NCBI GenBank assembly: GCA_963727505.1
Contig: CAVSGP010000009.1
Span: 640,001-704,000 of the forward strand
Origin: an uncultured Trueperaceae bacterium
GTDB taxonomy: Bacteria; Deinococcota; Deinococci; Deinococcales; Trueperaceae
Direction of reading: 5' to 3'
Length of the DNA: 64,000 nucleotides
Shown: one piece after another, positions 21,504-34,482 of the stretch
Layout: the number at the start of each line of letters is the position of its first letter
Numbering within the stretch: the stretch's first letter is position 1
Notes under the pieces: model-generated
Databases searched by the model: none
Told to the model about the DNA's origin: nothing
What the model saw: only the letters and a program-made list of their open reading frames with translations
Position numbers and translations under genes: made by a program

Positions 21504-21896
21504 GTGGCCAAAGCGACCAAGTCCAGGACCAAGCGTCGCGTCAGGCGCAGCCTGACCGAAGGCAAGGCGTTCATCCACGCCAGCTACAACAACACCATCG
21601 TCACCATCACCGACATGGACGGCAACACCGTCACGTGGTCGTCGTCGGGATCGATCGGCTACAAGGGCTCGAAGAAGGGCACCCCGTACGCCGCGCAGCT
21701 CGCCGCTGCGGACGCCACCCGCAAGGCGCAGAACATGGGCGTCTCGCAGCTCGACATCATCATCCGGGGCACCGGCTCCGGGCGCGAGCAGGCGATCCGC
21801 TCCATCCAGTCCACCGGGGTGAACGTGCGCACCATCATCGACGACACCCCGTCCCCCCACAACGGCTGCCGTCCGCGCAAGCGGAAGCGCATGTGA
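21504..21896 (+). CDS. rpsK: 30S ribosomal protein S11
   Basis: ASYNNTIVTITD, TPYAAQLAA, PHNGCRP. Confidence 0.98.
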   Translation: MAKATKSRTKRRVRRSLTEGKAFIHASYNNTIVTITDMDGNTVTWSSSGSIGYKGSKKGTPYAAQLAAADATRKAQNMGVSQLDIIIRGTGSGREQAIRSIQSTGVNVRTIIDDTPSPHNGCRPRKRKRM

Positions 21897-21920
21897 GCGC
21901 AGTGGAGAGCTAGGAGAGCC

Positions 21921-22538
21921 ATGGGCCGATACAGAGGACCGATCGTCAAAATCTGCCGCCGCGAAGGCGTGAACCTGGTGGAGTCCCCGAAGGTGCAGCG
22001 CTTCATGGAGCGCCATCCCTATCCCCCGGGACAGCACGGCCAGCGTCGGCGCCGCAAGATCAGCGACTACGGCGTGCGTCTGCGTGAGAAGCAGAAGCTG
22101 CGCTTCTACTACAACATGAGTGAGAAGCAGTTCGCGAACCTGTTCGACGAGGCGTCGAAGAGGGTGGGCGCCACGGGCGAGGTGTTCCTGCAACTGCTCG
22201 AGTCGAGGCTCGACAACGTCGTGTACCGTCTGGGCATCGCTGCCACCCGCCGGCAGGCGCGCCAGTTCGTCGCGCACGGGCACATCCACGTCAACGGCCG
22301 GCGTATCGACGTCCCGTCCTACCGGCTGTCGCCCGGTGACGAGATCGAGGTCGCGCCCAACGCCAAGAAGAACGCGCACATCAAGGGCAACGTGGAGGAG
22401 CGCCGCCGTGGAAAGCTCAACCCGTGGCTCGAGTTCGACGCAGAAGCGCTCAAGGGCCGGTTCCTGCATCGCCCCGCCCGCGAGGACCTGACGGTGCCGG
22501 TCAACGAGCTGCAGGTCATCGAGTACTACTCGCGCTGA
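21921..22538 (+). CDS. rpsD: 30S ribosomal protein S4
   Basis: PPGQHG, LESRLDNVVYRLG, IEYYSR. Confidence 0.98.
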   Translation: MGRYRGPIVKICRREGVNLVESPKVQRFMERHPYPPGQHGQRRRRKISDYGVRLREKQKLRFYYNMSEKQFANLFDEASKRVGATGEVFLQLLESRLDNVVYRLGIAATRRQARQFVAHGHIHVNGRRIDVPSYRLSPGDEIEVAPNAKKNAHIKGNVEERRRGKLNPWLEFDAEALKGRFLHRPAREDLTVPVNELQVIEYYSR

Positions 22539-22576
22539 GGCCGTCGGGACAGCGGCCACGGCCGGAGGAGAGCACG

Positions 22577-23518
22577 GTGCAGATTATTCCAGAGTTCAAG
22601 TCGAAAACGACCGACCGCTACGGCGAGTTCGTGGTGGAACCGCTGCCGCGCGGGTACGGGGTCACGCTGGGGAACCCGCTACGGCGGATCCTGCTGTCGT
22701 CGATCCCCGGCACCGCGGTGACCAGCGTCTACATCGAGGACGTGCTCCACGAGTTCTCGACCATCGAAGGGGTCAAAGAGGATGTCATGCAGATCATCCT
22801 CAACCTCAAGGAGCTCGTCGTGAAGCTCTACGACGACGACCCCGTGACCCTGACGTTGCGCGCGGAGAGCGCGGGTGAGGTGACGGCGGCGCAGTTCGAC
22901 GTGCCCGCCAACGCCGAGCTGATGAACCCCGAGCTCCACATCGCAACGCTCACCAAGGGTGGGCGGCTCGTGATGGAGGTGCGCGTCGAACGCGGCGTGG
23001 GTTACGTGCCCGCCGAGATCCACGGCACCAAGGACCGCATCAACTCGATCCCTGTCGACGCGGTGTTCACGCCGGTGCGCCGGGTGGCGTACCGCGTGGA
23101 GGACACCCGCGTCGGGCAGAAGACCGACCTCGACCGGCTGGTGATCCGCGTGTGGACCGACGGCAGCGCCGATCCGCGCGATGCGCTCGACCAGGCCGTC
23201 GACATCATGCGCAACCAGCTCAACGTCTTCAGCGGTGAAGGTGCCGACGGGGACGAGGAGAAGGTGCCGGTCATGACGATCCCCACCAAGCCGGTGGAGG
23301 AAGTCGTGGCCCCGCCCGAGCAGGTCGTCATGAGCCTCGAGAGCCTGGAGCTGTCGAGCCGGGTCCTGCACTCGCTGCAGGAGGAAGGCATCGACTCGGT
23401 CAACGCCTTGCTGGCGCTGTCCGAGCGCGACCTCAAGAAGGTCGGCGGCGTGGGCGAGAAATCGCTCGAAGAGATCAAGGAGCGCCTCGCGGCGCGCGGA
23501 CTGAAGCTGAAGGAGTAA
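22577..23518 (+). CDS. rpoA: RNA polymerase subunit alpha
   Basis: EPLPRGYGVTLGNPLRRILLSSIPG, LHEFSTIEGVKEDV; GGAGGAG SD before GTG 22577. Confidence 0.97.
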   Translation: MQIIPEFKSKTTDRYGEFVVEPLPRGYGVTLGNPLRRILLSSIPGTAVTSVYIEDVLHEFSTIEGVKEDVMQIILNLKELVVKLYDDDPVTLTLRAESAGEVTAAQFDVPANAELMNPELHIATLTKGGRLVMEVRVERGVGYVPAEIHGTKDRINSIPVDAVFTPVRRVAYRVEDTRVGQKTDLDRLVIRVWTDGSADPRDALDQAVDIMRNQLNVFSGEGADGDEEKVPVMTIPTKPVEEVVAPPEQVVMSLESLELSSRVLHSLQEEGIDSVNALLALSERDLKKVGGVGEKSLEEIKERLAARGLKLKE

Positions 23519-23521
23519 GGC

Positions 23522-23878
23522 ATGCGTCATCTGCAGCGCGGTTACAAGCTGGGTCGCTCCAGCAGCCATCGCAGCGCCCTCGCCCGTTCCCAGGCGACGG
23601 CCCTGCTCCGGCACGGCCGCATCAAGACCACCCTCACCAAGGCCAAGAGCCTGCAGCCGTTCGTGGAGAAGCTCATCACCACGGCGCGCGGCGGGGACCT
23701 TCACGCGCGGCGATTGATCGCGCGCGATGTCCACGACCGCGAGGTGCAGCGCAAGCTCATGGACGAGATCGCCCCGCGCTACGCCGACCGGCAAGGCGGC
23801 TACACACGCATCTACCGCTTGCTCAACCGGCGCGGCGACAACGCGCAGGAAGCCTACATCGAGCTGGTTCAGGAGTAG
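23522..23878 (+). CDS. rplQ: 50S ribosomal protein L17
   Basis: [21 protein letters not shown]. Confidence 0.97.
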   Translation: MRHLQRGYKLGRSSSHRSALARSQATALLRHGRIKTTLTKAKSLQPFVEKLITTARGGDLHARRLIARDVHDREVQRKLMDEIAPRYADRQGGYTRIYRLLNRRGDNAQEAYIELVQE

Positions 23879-23914
23879 CGCGGAGCAGCCTCGCAGGCAA
23901 TTGCGTGAGCACCA

Positions 23915-23939
23915 ACGGCCGCCCCATCGGGGCGGCCGT
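23915..23939. terminator. Hairpin terminating rplQ/deoB convergent transcripts
   Basis: ACGGCCGCCCC-ATC-GGGGCGGCCGT; no strong U-tract. Confidence 0.55.
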
Positions 23940-23977
23940 CGTCGTGTCGGGGTGCGGGCCGCGAATGCGGCCGAGGC

Positions 23978-25144
23978 TCAACCTGAGGTCCGCAGGGCGG
24001 CGGCGAAGCTCGTGCCGCGTCCGCCCCAAGGCACGCCCAGCAGCTCGGCCACCGTGGCGCCCACGTCGGCGAAGCTGTCGCGGGTGCCCAGGTCGCTGCC
24101 GCCGCGGCCGGGAGTGTAGGCGAGCAGCAGCCCGTGCTCCCGGGTGTGATCGGTGCCCTGCCAGGTGGGGTCGTTGCCGTGGTCGCTGACGAACAGCAAC
24201 GCGTCCCCGGGGTGGGTCGCGGCCAGCAGGTCGGGTAGGCGGTCGTCGACGTCACGAAGGGCGGCTGCGTATCCGAGCGGGTCGCGCCGGTGGCCGTAGA
24301 GCGAGTCGAACTCGACCAGGTTGGTGAACACCAGTCCGTCCGGACGGTCGCGCATGGCGGCGAGGGTGCGTTCCACCCCGTCCAGGTTCGAGCTCGAACG
24401 CACCTCGGTCGTGAAACCGCGGTGACCGTAGATGTCGGGGATCTTGCCGATGCCAACGACCTCCCGTCCGTGCGCCACCAGGGCGTCGAGGACGGTGCGC
24501 TCGGGGGGTAGGAGCGAGTAGTCGTGGCGCGCCTCGCCGAGGCGCCGGAAGGCCCCGGGCGAACCCTCGAACGGGCGGGCGATGACCCGTGCAACCGCAT
24601 GATCGCCGGTCAGGATGGCGCGCGCCGCCTCGCACCAGGCGTAGAGCGTCTCGAGGGGAACGACGTCGACGTGGGTCGCGATCTGGAAGACGCTGTCGGC
24701 GCTGGTGTAGACGATCGGCTCCCCCGTCTCGAGATGTTGCGGGCCGAGCTCGTCGAGGATGACGGTGCCGGAGGCCGGCCGATTGCCGAGGTGGCCCCGA
24801 CCCGTGGCCGCATCGAAGGCGTCCATGACGGCGTCGGGGAAGTGCTCGAAGGTACGGAAGGGGTGCTCCAACACGATGCCCATGAACTCCCAGTGGCCGG
24901 TCGTGGTGTCCTTGCCGAGGGATCGTTCGGACAGTCGCCCGAAACTCGCCTGCGGGCGGGGAACCGCATCCAGGGACGCCACACCCTGGATGCTTCCGAG
25001 GCCCAGGCGAGTGAGATTGGGCAGGGAGGTGGGGGCGGCGGCGAGGGTGTGATCGAGCGTGTGCGCGCCCTCGTCTGCGAAGCGGCGCGCGTCAGGGAGT
25101 GCGCCCACGCCGACGGAGTCGAGAACGATGAGGGTGACGGTCAT
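23978..25144 (-). CDS. deoB: Phosphopentomutase
   Basis: [65 protein letters not shown] 5 nt before ATG. Confidence 0.95.
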   Translation of the reverse strand: MTVTLIVLDSVGVGALPDARRFADEGAHTLDHTLAAAPTSLPNLTRLGLGSIQGVASLDAVPRPQASFGRLSERSLGKDTTTGHWEFMGIVLEHPFRTFEHFPDAVMDAFDAATGRGHLGNRPASGTVILDELGPQHLETGEPIVYTSADSVFQIATHVDVVPLETLYAWCEAARAILTGDHAVARVIARPFEGSPGAFRRLGEARHDYSLLPPERTVLDALVAHGREVVGIGKIPDIYGHRGFTTEVRSSSNLDGVERTLAAMRDRPDGLVFTNLVEFDSLYGHRRDPLGYAAALRDVDDRLPDLLAATHPGDALLFVSDHGNDPTWQGTDHTREHGLLLAYTPGRGGSDLGTRDSFADVGATVAELLGVPWGGRGTSFAAALRTSG

Positions 25145-25222
25145 GCGGCAGTATAAGGTCGCGTTCGCAGCAAGCCGGGGCGGCGCGCGTGCCGATCCCA
25201 CCCCCGGGGCATAATGCAGAGC

Positions 25223-26460
25223 GTGAGGGACGGCGGCGAGGCGCGAGATGGGGCTGGGCTGGCGGCGGAGGTGGCCGAGCGGCTGCGTGAGCTCGCCCCC
25301 GGGGCGTCCCGGGTGGCGCTCGGCGTATCCGGTGGGCCGGACAGCGTGGCAGCGCTGCACTTGTTGGTCGAGGCCGGCGTCGACGTCGTGGTCGCGCACT
25401 TCGACCACCAGTTGCGGGCCGCGTCCGCGGGCGATCGCGCGTTCGTCGAGGGTCTGTGCCAACGACTGGGGGTGCCGTTGCAGGCCGGCGGAGCGGACGT
25501 CGCGGCGGTGGTCCGCGAGCGGGGATGGAACCTCGAGGACGGGGCGCGACGCTTGCGCTACGCCTTCCTGCACAGCGCAGCGGCAGATGCCGGAGCGGCC
25601 GTGGTCACCGTCGCCCACACCCTCGACGACCAGGCCGAGACGGTGCTGCTGCAGCTCCTGAGGGGTGCCGCCTTCGTAAGCGGTATGCCGGCGCGGCGCG
25701 GCCGTCTCGTACGGCCGTTGCTCGGGGTGGAGCGTGCGCGCCTGCGGCGCTATCTCGAGGCGCGCGACCTGGCGTATCGTCATGACGCCAGCAACGACGA
25801 CGTCGCCCGCGCGCGAGCCTGGATCCGGGCCGACGTACTCCCCGTCCTCGAGGCCCGCATGCCCGGCGCGGCCGAGCGGCTGGCGCGCATCGCCGCCGTC
25901 CAAGGTGACGCCCGTGATGCCCTGGAGGCGATCTCCAGGGTGCGCTTCGGTGACGGGCCCCTGCGGCGCGCGGCGCTCGCCAGGGCGCCGGTGGGCCTCC
26001 AGCGCGTCGCGATCGCGCGTTTGCTCCGTGCGGCGGGCGCGGGCGTCTCGCTGGAGCGTATCGAGTCGATCCGCGCAGCGCTCACGAGGGAGGACCCCTG
26101 GCGCCTGGACGTCGGGAACGAAAGACTGGCGCGGGTCGCGTACGACCGCGTCGACGTGGCGCGGCGTGCGAGGGCCGTGGTCGAGCGGACCGTGAGGGAA
26201 GAGGCCGAGCTGCCACCCGGCGTCGATCCGGGCGTGCTGCGCGCCCACGGCGCCTTGGAGCTCCGGGGCAGGCGGCCGGGCGACCGCATCCGTCTGCCGG
26301 GTGGGACGCGGCTGGTCTCGGATCTCTTGACCGACCGCAAGGTCCCCCGCGAGGAACGGGACGGGCTGCGCCTGCTCGCCAGCGGCCAGGAGGTGCTCTG
26401 GGTGGAAGGCCTGGCGGCGGCGCCCGGCGTGCTGGCGGGGGAGAGGCGGACGAGGCAGCG
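25223..26460 (+). CDS. tilS: tRNA(Ile)-lysidine synthetase (probably fused to the downstream deaminase; frameshift near 26440)
   Basis: [38 protein letters not shown]; no stop at the domain end. Confidence 0.88.
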
Positions 26461-26471
26461 CGGACGAGGAC

Positions 26472-26909
26472 GTGGAGGCGATGCGGCGGGCCCTGGAGCT
26501 TGCCGCCGGGGCTTCGGCGGCGGGGGAGCTGCCGGTGGGGGCCGTGGTGGTGCTGGACGGTGCGGTGGTGGGGGAGGGGGCCAACCGCACGGAGCGCGAC
26601 CGCGATCCCACGGCCCACGCGGAGGTGCTGGCCCTGCGTGCGGCCGCGGCCGCACGGGGCGACTGGCGTCTTGCCGGCGCCACCCTCTACGTCACGCTAG
26701 AGCCCTGCCCGATGTGCCTCGGGGCCGTGCTGCAGACCCGCGTCGCGAGGGTGGTGTTCGGTGCCGATAACGTGCGGGAAGGGGCGCTGGGAGGCACGGT
26801 GGACCTTCTGGCCGGTGACCTCAAGCGCCGGCCGGAGGTGCGGGGAGGGGTGCTGGCGCGCGAGGGGGCTGAGCTGTTGACGGCCTTCTTCCGGGCGCGG
26901 CGGCCCTAG
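26472..26909 (+). CDS. tadA: tRNA adenosine(34) deaminase (TadA-like domain)
   Basis: [37 protein letters not shown]. Confidence 0.88.
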   Translation: MEAMRRALELAAGASAAGELPVGAVVVLDGAVVGEGANRTERDRDPTAHAEVLALRAAAAARGDWRLAGATLYVTLEPCPMCLGAVLQTRVARVVFGADNVREGALGGTVDLLAGDLKRRPEVRGGVLAREGAELLTAFFRARRP

Positions 26910-26985
26910 CGGTCCGGGAACGACCCGGGTCGCAGCGGCGTGCCAGGAGGGGGTGCCGGGCTCGCGGGCACGGTCGTGTCGGCGC

Positions 26986-27033
26986 GGCCGTGACAGCGAG
27001 CGTGGCGCTGGCCGTGGCACCGGCCGTGGCACC
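26986..27033. repeat. Short degenerate 12-nt tandem repeat (4 units)
   Basis: GGCCGTGACAGC GAGCGTGGCGCT GGCCGTGGCACC GGCCGTGGCACC. Confidence 0.5.
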
Positions 27034-27099
27034 CGCCGGGATGAAGGAAGCCCGCACTGGTGCAGCTTTTTCGCCACCTCGCTCCGGTATGATGCGGGC

Positions 27100-28883
<1,784 letters not shown>

Positions 28884-28887
<4 letters not shown>

Positions 28888-29939
28888 GCGCGGAGGACGG
28901 CCGGCGGGCGCGAGCCCACCGCAGCCTGCGCAGCCAGGTCGGGTGGGTGATCGCCGTGCTCTCGGGCCTGCCCAACCTCGTCCTGGTGGGGACCGTATTA
29001 CTGCCTGCCTACAACCGTACCGGCTCGCTGACGGCCGAGGTGTGGCTGTTCATCGGTGCCTGGCTGGTGGCGGTCGTGGGGATCTCGGTGTTCGTGGGGT
29101 ACGTGCTCTCCGGTCAGCTCCTGGCACCGCTCAGCGACGTGGCCGAAGACATCGAGGCGCTGCCGCGGGCGGTTCCCGGAGCGCGACTGGAGACCAACGG
29201 TCGCGAGCCGCGCGAGGTCCTGGCGGTCAAGCGCGCGTTCAACGCCATGCTGCAGGAGGTGCATCAGGAGCAGGCCCGTCGGAGCGCGTTCACCGCGGCG
29301 CTGATGCACGATCTCAAGACGCCGCTCATCGCGGCGAACCACCTTCTCAACGTGGTGCGCGACAACGAGGAGCTCACGCGCGAGCAGCGCATCGAGGTCG
29401 TGAGCCGGCTCTCGACCGAGAACCAGGCGCTCATCGAGCTGGTGCAGAAGATGGTGGACGCCCACCGGCTCGAGCTCGAGGACGTGCCGCTCAAGCGTGA
29501 GGCCACCGACCTGCGTGCGCTGGTTGCCGCCGTGCTGGAGCGTCTGCGCCCGCTGTCGCGGGAGCGTGGGGTGGCCGTCAGTGTGCAGGGCGAAGCGCAG
29601 GCGCGGGTCGACCCCAAGGAACTCGAGCGCGCGCTCTACAATCTGTTGAGCAACGCGGTGCGCTACGCCCGCTCGCGCATCGAGGTCGAGGTGTTCCCGG
29701 GGATGGTGCGCATCAGCGACGACGGACCGGGCCTGCCCGAGCCGCTCGAGCGCCTGGCGCAGCCCTTCAACGGACAGCCGGTGGAGATCGCCGGACGGCG
29801 CTATACGGCGGGAACCGGCGGGCTCGGCCTGTTCATCGCGCGCCGCGTGCTGGAGGCGCACGGAGGCAAGCTGGTGACCGAGGCGTCGGGGGAGCGGGGC
29901 ACCGTGCTGCTGGCGTACCTGGGCGGAGGCACGGTATGA
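28884..29939 (+). CDS. Membrane sensor histidine kinase (2 TM, HAMP, HisKA, HATPase)
   Basis: H-box [11 protein letters not shown]-box [23 protein letters not shown]. Confidence 0.9.
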
Positions 29940-29952
29940 GGAAGGCGCGCGC

Positions 29953-30534
29953 GTGCGGGTCCTGATCGCCGACGACCACCCGCTGTTCCGGATGGGTCTG
30001 GCGCTGGCGCTGGAAGCCGAGGGCTTCGACGTGGCCGGCGAGGTGGAGAACGGGCGGCAGGCGGTAGAGCGCTGCGCGCAGGGCGGCGTCGACGTGGTGC
30101 TCATGGACGTCAAGATGCCGGACATGGACGGGATCGAGGCGTGCCGGCAAACGGCCGGGGGGCCGCGGGCGCCCGTCATCGTGATGCTCACCACCTTCGA
30201 GGAGCCGGCCATCGTGCGGGCCGCCCGCGATGCCGGAGCGACCGCCTTCCTGTCCAAGGAGACCGAGCCGCGCGAGCTGGCGCGGCTGTTACGGGCCATC
30301 GTGGCCGATCCCGAGCGCGACTGGATGCCGCGCGTGGAGCTGCCCGACCTCACGCCGCGCGAGGAGCAGGTGCTGCGGCTGATGGCGCGCGGGCTCTCCA
30401 CCAAGGCCATCGCCAGGGAGCTGGGGCTGAGCCCCGAGACGGTGAAGGACTACCTGCTGGGGGCGTTCCGGAAGCTCGAGGTGCGCGACCGGGTGAGCGC
30501 GGTCCGGCGGGCGAGCGAGCTCGGACTTCTGTAG
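29953..30534 (+). CDS. NarL/LuxR-family response regulator
   Basis: IADDHPLFR, MDVKMPDMDG, LTPREEQVL, LGLSPETVK. Confidence 0.92.
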   Translation: MRVLIADDHPLFRMGLALALEAEGFDVAGEVENGRQAVERCAQGGVDVVLMDVKMPDMDGIEACRQTAGGPRAPVIVMLTTFEEPAIVRAARDAGATAFLSKETEPRELARLLRAIVADPERDWMPRVELPDLTPREEQVLRLMARGLSTKAIARELGLSPETVKDYLLGAFRKLEVRDRVSAVRRASELGLL

Positions 30535-30611
30535 GACCGAGGCCTAGAACGGACCGGCATGCACCCCGCGCGGTCGGAGCATGCGAGGCGGCGCGCCGCT
30601 ACCTTGGCGGC

Positions 30612-31109
30612 ATGCACGGCACGACCGGTCGATGGCTCGCGCGGCGGCGCGGACGCATGGGCTTCACGCTCCTCGAGATCGTGACCGTCCTCACCGTCGT
30701 CGGCGTGCTCGCCGGCGGCGCAGCGTTGCTGGCGCGGCCCGGCGGCGCGGTGCGCGCGGCGCAGGGCGCACGCGCCTTCCTGCTGTGGGCGCGCCTGGAG
30801 GCGCTGTGGACGGGTGAGGCGGTAGCGGTCGTGCCGGCGGGCGCTCCGGTGCTGTCCGCCCGGGCGGGCGCGGACGTCGCGTCGGCGTGCGCGGGCACCG
30901 AGCGGAAGCGCTTCGAGCTCGCCCGTTACGGGCGCGCCCGGGTCGTGCAGCCGATGCGGGCCGGCATCGTATGGCTTCCCTACGGCGGCGCGCGCTCCTG
31001 CGAGGGTGGGGGTGTGATCAGCGGGCGCATGATCCTGGCGGATGGGGGAGGACGGGCCAGCGTCATCGTGTCGAGCCTGGGACGCGTACGCGTGGAGGTG
31101 GCGCGGTGA
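30612..31109 (+). CDS. Type IV minor pilin/pseudopilin (FimT/GspH-like)
   Basis: Prepilin site MG|FTLLEIVTVL; C-terminal VIVSSLGRVRV; TACCTT 6 nt before ATG. Confidence 0.75.
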   Translation: MHGTTGRWLARRRGRMGFTLLEIVTVLTVVGVLAGGAALLARPGGAVRAAQGARAFLLWARLEALWTGEAVAVVPAGAPVLSARAGADVASACAGTERKRFELARYGRARVVQPMRAGIVWLPYGGARSCEGGGVISGRMILADGGGRASVIVSSLGRVRVEVAR

Positions 31110-31503
31110 GACGGCGGCACCCGCGCGCCGCTGGAGCGGCGGCCTGACGCTGCTGGAGGTGGTGGTGGCGCTCGCCATCGTCGCAGTGGCATTGCTGGCC
31201 TGGACGCGGCTGGAAGGTCACGTGGCGCGCGTCGAGCGCTCGAGCCGCGTCCGCCGGGAGCTGGCGGCCTGGATGCGAAGCGAGCTCCGCTTCCAGCGCA
31301 ACGTGCGGGCGTTCGACTGCCGTTCGCAGCCCGCGCCGGCGGGATGGTCGTGTGGCGTCGAGCGGACGTGCCTGGACGGCTCGAGCCCGTGCGAGACGGA
31401 GAGCATCCGCGTGACCATCACACCCCCGGAAGGGCCCGCACTGACGGGGACGACCGCGGTGTGGTGGCCGCTGCAGCGGGCGCCGGTGGGAGCGGCGCCA
31501 TGA
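31106..31503 (+). CDS. Type IV minor pilin (PilV/GspI-like); indel near the 5' end
   Basis: G|LTLLEVVVALAIV; the only SD-supported start (GTG 31106) is out of frame with the pilin body; several Cys. Confidence 0.62.
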
Positions 31504-32274
31504 GTGAGGTGGCGCGTGAGGCTGTGCGCGCAGGCTGCGCAGCGAGGCTGTGCACGAGTCCATGCGCGGGTCCTGGCGCGCTCCCGTCGCGTCCCGGCCC
31601 TACCGCAGCGGGAGGCGTCCCGAGCGGTGGCGCGCCGGTCGCGACCGCCGGACAGGCGGGCTTCACGTTGCTCGAGGTGCTGCTCGCGCTGGCCCTCGCG
31701 GCCCTCGTGGGGCTGGCCGCGGCGCGCCTGCTCACGGGGTCGCACGCGTCGGAGACGGCGATCTCGCAGGGGTCCGACCGCGCGCGTGCGCTGGACCTCG
31801 CCGCCGATCTGCTGGCCGCCGAGCTTCGCCGGGCCGGCTCCGTGCCCTACCCGCCGCCGGCCGGCGGCGGTCTGGACGCGAGCCGACCCACCCTGGAGCT
31901 CACGCTCGGCGCGGGGCGACATGGCGACGCCCTCGTTGTGCGCTATCTCGACGACCGGGTACAGGGCGCGCCGGTGCTCCGGGATCTGCGCTTCGACGCT
32001 GCGCTGGACGGTCGTGGGCTTCGCTCAGCTCTACCGCGCGACGGCGAGCGGGAACCGGCAGCCGCTGGTGCAGGGCATCGACGCCGTTCGCGTGGTGGGG
32101 TGGGTGGACGCCGCGGGCGAGCATCCCCGGAGCGCCCTCGTTGCTGGGCCGTTGCGGCCGTGGCTGCTGCTCGTGGACCTCGAATCGGAGGGAGCCACGG
32201 CGCGGCGGGACACGCGGCGGGTCGCTGCGCCCTTGCCGAGCCGGCCTCGGGCGGAGGTGGTGATGGCGCCGTGA
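31500..32274 (+). CDS. Type IV minor pilin (GspJ-like); frameshift near 32022
   Basis: AG|FTLLEVLLALAL, ELRRAG; continues QLYRATASGNRQPLVQGI in another frame. Confidence 0.65.
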
Positions 32275-32723
32275 AGGGGAGAGGTCGCCGTTCGGACCCT
32301 CGTCAACGCAGCTTGCGTGTCCCGTCCGCGAGGCGCCGCGAGCGTGGCGCAGCCCTCGTGCTGGTGCTGGTGGTGGCCCTGCTGCTGGGACTGGCTGCGC
32401 TGTCGCTGACGTTCACCGTGACGCTGGACAGCCTGGCGGCACGCAACGCGCAGGAGGCGGCACTGGCGGAGGGGCAGGCGGAGGGGGGGTTGGAACTCGC
32501 CGCCAAGGCGGTCGTCGGGTCGACGGCCAGCACGGTCCCCGCGGGACCTTCCTCGCCGCCGCAAGAGCTGGGACCCTGGCCGGATGCCGGCGTTCCCGTC
32601 GTGGTGGTGGGTGTTGTTGCGGAAGCCGGGGGAGCCTTCAGGCTCGAGGACGCGTGCGCGGATCGTCAGCGCGACTCTGTGGACATCACCTGGTACACCG
32701 GCACGCCGGCGTACTGGATGTAG
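32271..32723 (+). CDS. PilX/GspK-like pilin (C-terminus runs antisense into comZ; possibly truncated)
   Basis: RG|AALVLVLVVALLL without Glu5, AEGQAEGGLE. Confidence 0.6.
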   Translation: MKGRGRRSDPRQRSLRVPSARRRERGAALVLVLVVALLLGLAALSLTFTVTLDSLAARNAQEAALAEGQAEGGLELAAKAVVGSTASTVPAGPSSPPQELGPWPDAGVPVVVVGVVAEAGGAFRLEDACADRQRDSVDITWYTGTPAYWM

Positions 32724-34476
32724 CGCATGATGGCCGGCTTGTTGTTGCCGGTGTTGACGTAGACCACCTCGGAGTTCTGGCCCGCGTTGCACTTGTCCGT
32801 CGCATCCTTGCTGTTCTTCTTCTTGTCCTGGTTCGTGGCCCCTCCCGCACCCGTGGTGCAGAAGTAGTCGGCGACGACCGATCCGATGAGCGTATTTCCT
32901 TGACGACGCGGTAGGTCCCGCCCGCGTAGATCGGCGCCATAACGCTGCTGCCGCCCTGGAAAACGTCGTTCTCGGCCACGAAGGCGAGCACGTGGTTAGG
33001 GTAGTAGTCATAGTTTCCGTTGACCCCGGTAAGCATCTCGTCGTTGAGGTCGATGTCCCCACCGGTGCCGTTGTCGGTCGCGGTCGGGTCGTCCTTCTCG
33101 GAGATGATGGTGCCGTTGAGCACCGTGCCGTCATCGGTGATGGTCTTGGCGAAGTACTCGGTCGGCTCGTTGAACTGCAGGTTGAAGCCCTGGAAGTCGA
33201 TGTTGCCATAGACGTGGAGCGATCCGGGGTTGCCGGGTTGGTACTTGAATCCGTAGCGGTCGCTGGTGCCGTCCTTGATGGTGCAGTCGATCGCCGAGGT
33301 GCCGAATGCGAGTGTGCGCGTCCCCGACGCCGTCAACGCATCCACGCAGGAGGCGGGCATGTCGCTTGCCGTTTCACCGTCCGGCCCACTGATGGTTGGT
33401 GAAGTCGGATCATAGTGCAGAATCAGCCCGCTGGTCGCAGCATCGGCCTGGATGCAATCGCGCCACGTGTCCGCGGTGCAACCCTGGTTCGCACTCGGCG
33501 GATCATCGAGGTGCGGGAACTCGGGTGCGACGGTGCGGTCGATGTCGAACGTGTTGGGACCGTCGTCAGTGCAGATCCCCTTGGTGTTGGTGCAATCGAG
33601 CAGAGTGGTATTCACGACCAGGTCCTGCGAGATGTCGTTGCCGATGTGGACGCCGAGGAGCTTGTTGTTCGGGTCGCCGAGCTTGACCGACCCGTTGAGC
33701 TCGACGCGCCCGTCCTCGACGCGCAGGGTGGCGCACAGCTCGTCCGCCGTGCGGTTGTCCGCGCTGACGCGGTTCACCATGTCGGCGTAGCGGGAGTCGC
33801 TGGTGAGGTCGTAATCGTTGAGCTGGGAGAAGTTCCCGTTCGAGTTGAACACGGTGGACGTGGAGTTGCTCGGGTCCCCCACGACATAGATCCCGCCTCG
33901 GATGGTGGTGCCCCCGTTGATGAACTTGTTGGCCTGCCCCGACCCGGAGAAGATGGCCTGCTCGAGCACGCCCGTGTTGTTGAGCTGCACCGCGGCGCGG
34001 ATGTTGGCCCGGGCGCGGTTGGAGGTCCCCTTCGACTCGATGGTGTAGATCTTCGGTGTGGCCGGGTCGCGCAGCAGCCAGACGTCGTAGGTCCCGATGA
34101 CGGTGCCGCTGACCGCATCGGTTACCTCCTCGCCGCTCGCGAGCTGGATCGCGTTACCGTTCCAAGTCTTCTCGATCGTGCCGTTCCGGTCCCAATCGAG
34201 GCCGTAGGCGAGGCGGCTGTAACAGGCCGTTCGGTCGGGGTTTCCGCCGGTGCCGTTGAGCTTGTCCTCGACGTAGCGGTAGTACTGGAACATGGCGGCC
34301 TTGTACTTCTCCAGGCCGGCCTCGGCCACGTACTTGGCCTGGACCGAGGTGGCGTCGTTGCGGCTGATGCCGAGCTCGAGCTGGGTCGTGAGGAAGCTTC
34401 CGGCCACGAGGATCCCGACCACCACCAGGATGGCGAGAGCCGTGACGAGTGCGATGCCTTGCCGGGGTTGTCTCAT
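32666..34476 (-). CDS. comZ: ComZ-like large PilX-type competence pilin (1-nt deletion near 32898)
   Basis: QG|IALVTALAILVVVG...RNDATSVQAKYVAEAGLEKYKA resembles the Thermus ComZ N-terminus; frame restored as NTLIGSVVADYFCTT...YQVMSTESR*. Confidence 0.75.
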
Positions 34477-34482
34477 GGTGCC

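Noticed and set aside
23978..26683. 901-aa ORF containing DeoB
   Set aside because: The N-terminal ~510 codons are antisense to tilS/tadA; the real start is ATG 25144 with a leaderless -10 box
31344..32723. 459-aa ORF joining two pilins
   Set aside because: Frameshift near 32022; separate genes overlap at GTGA 32271-32274
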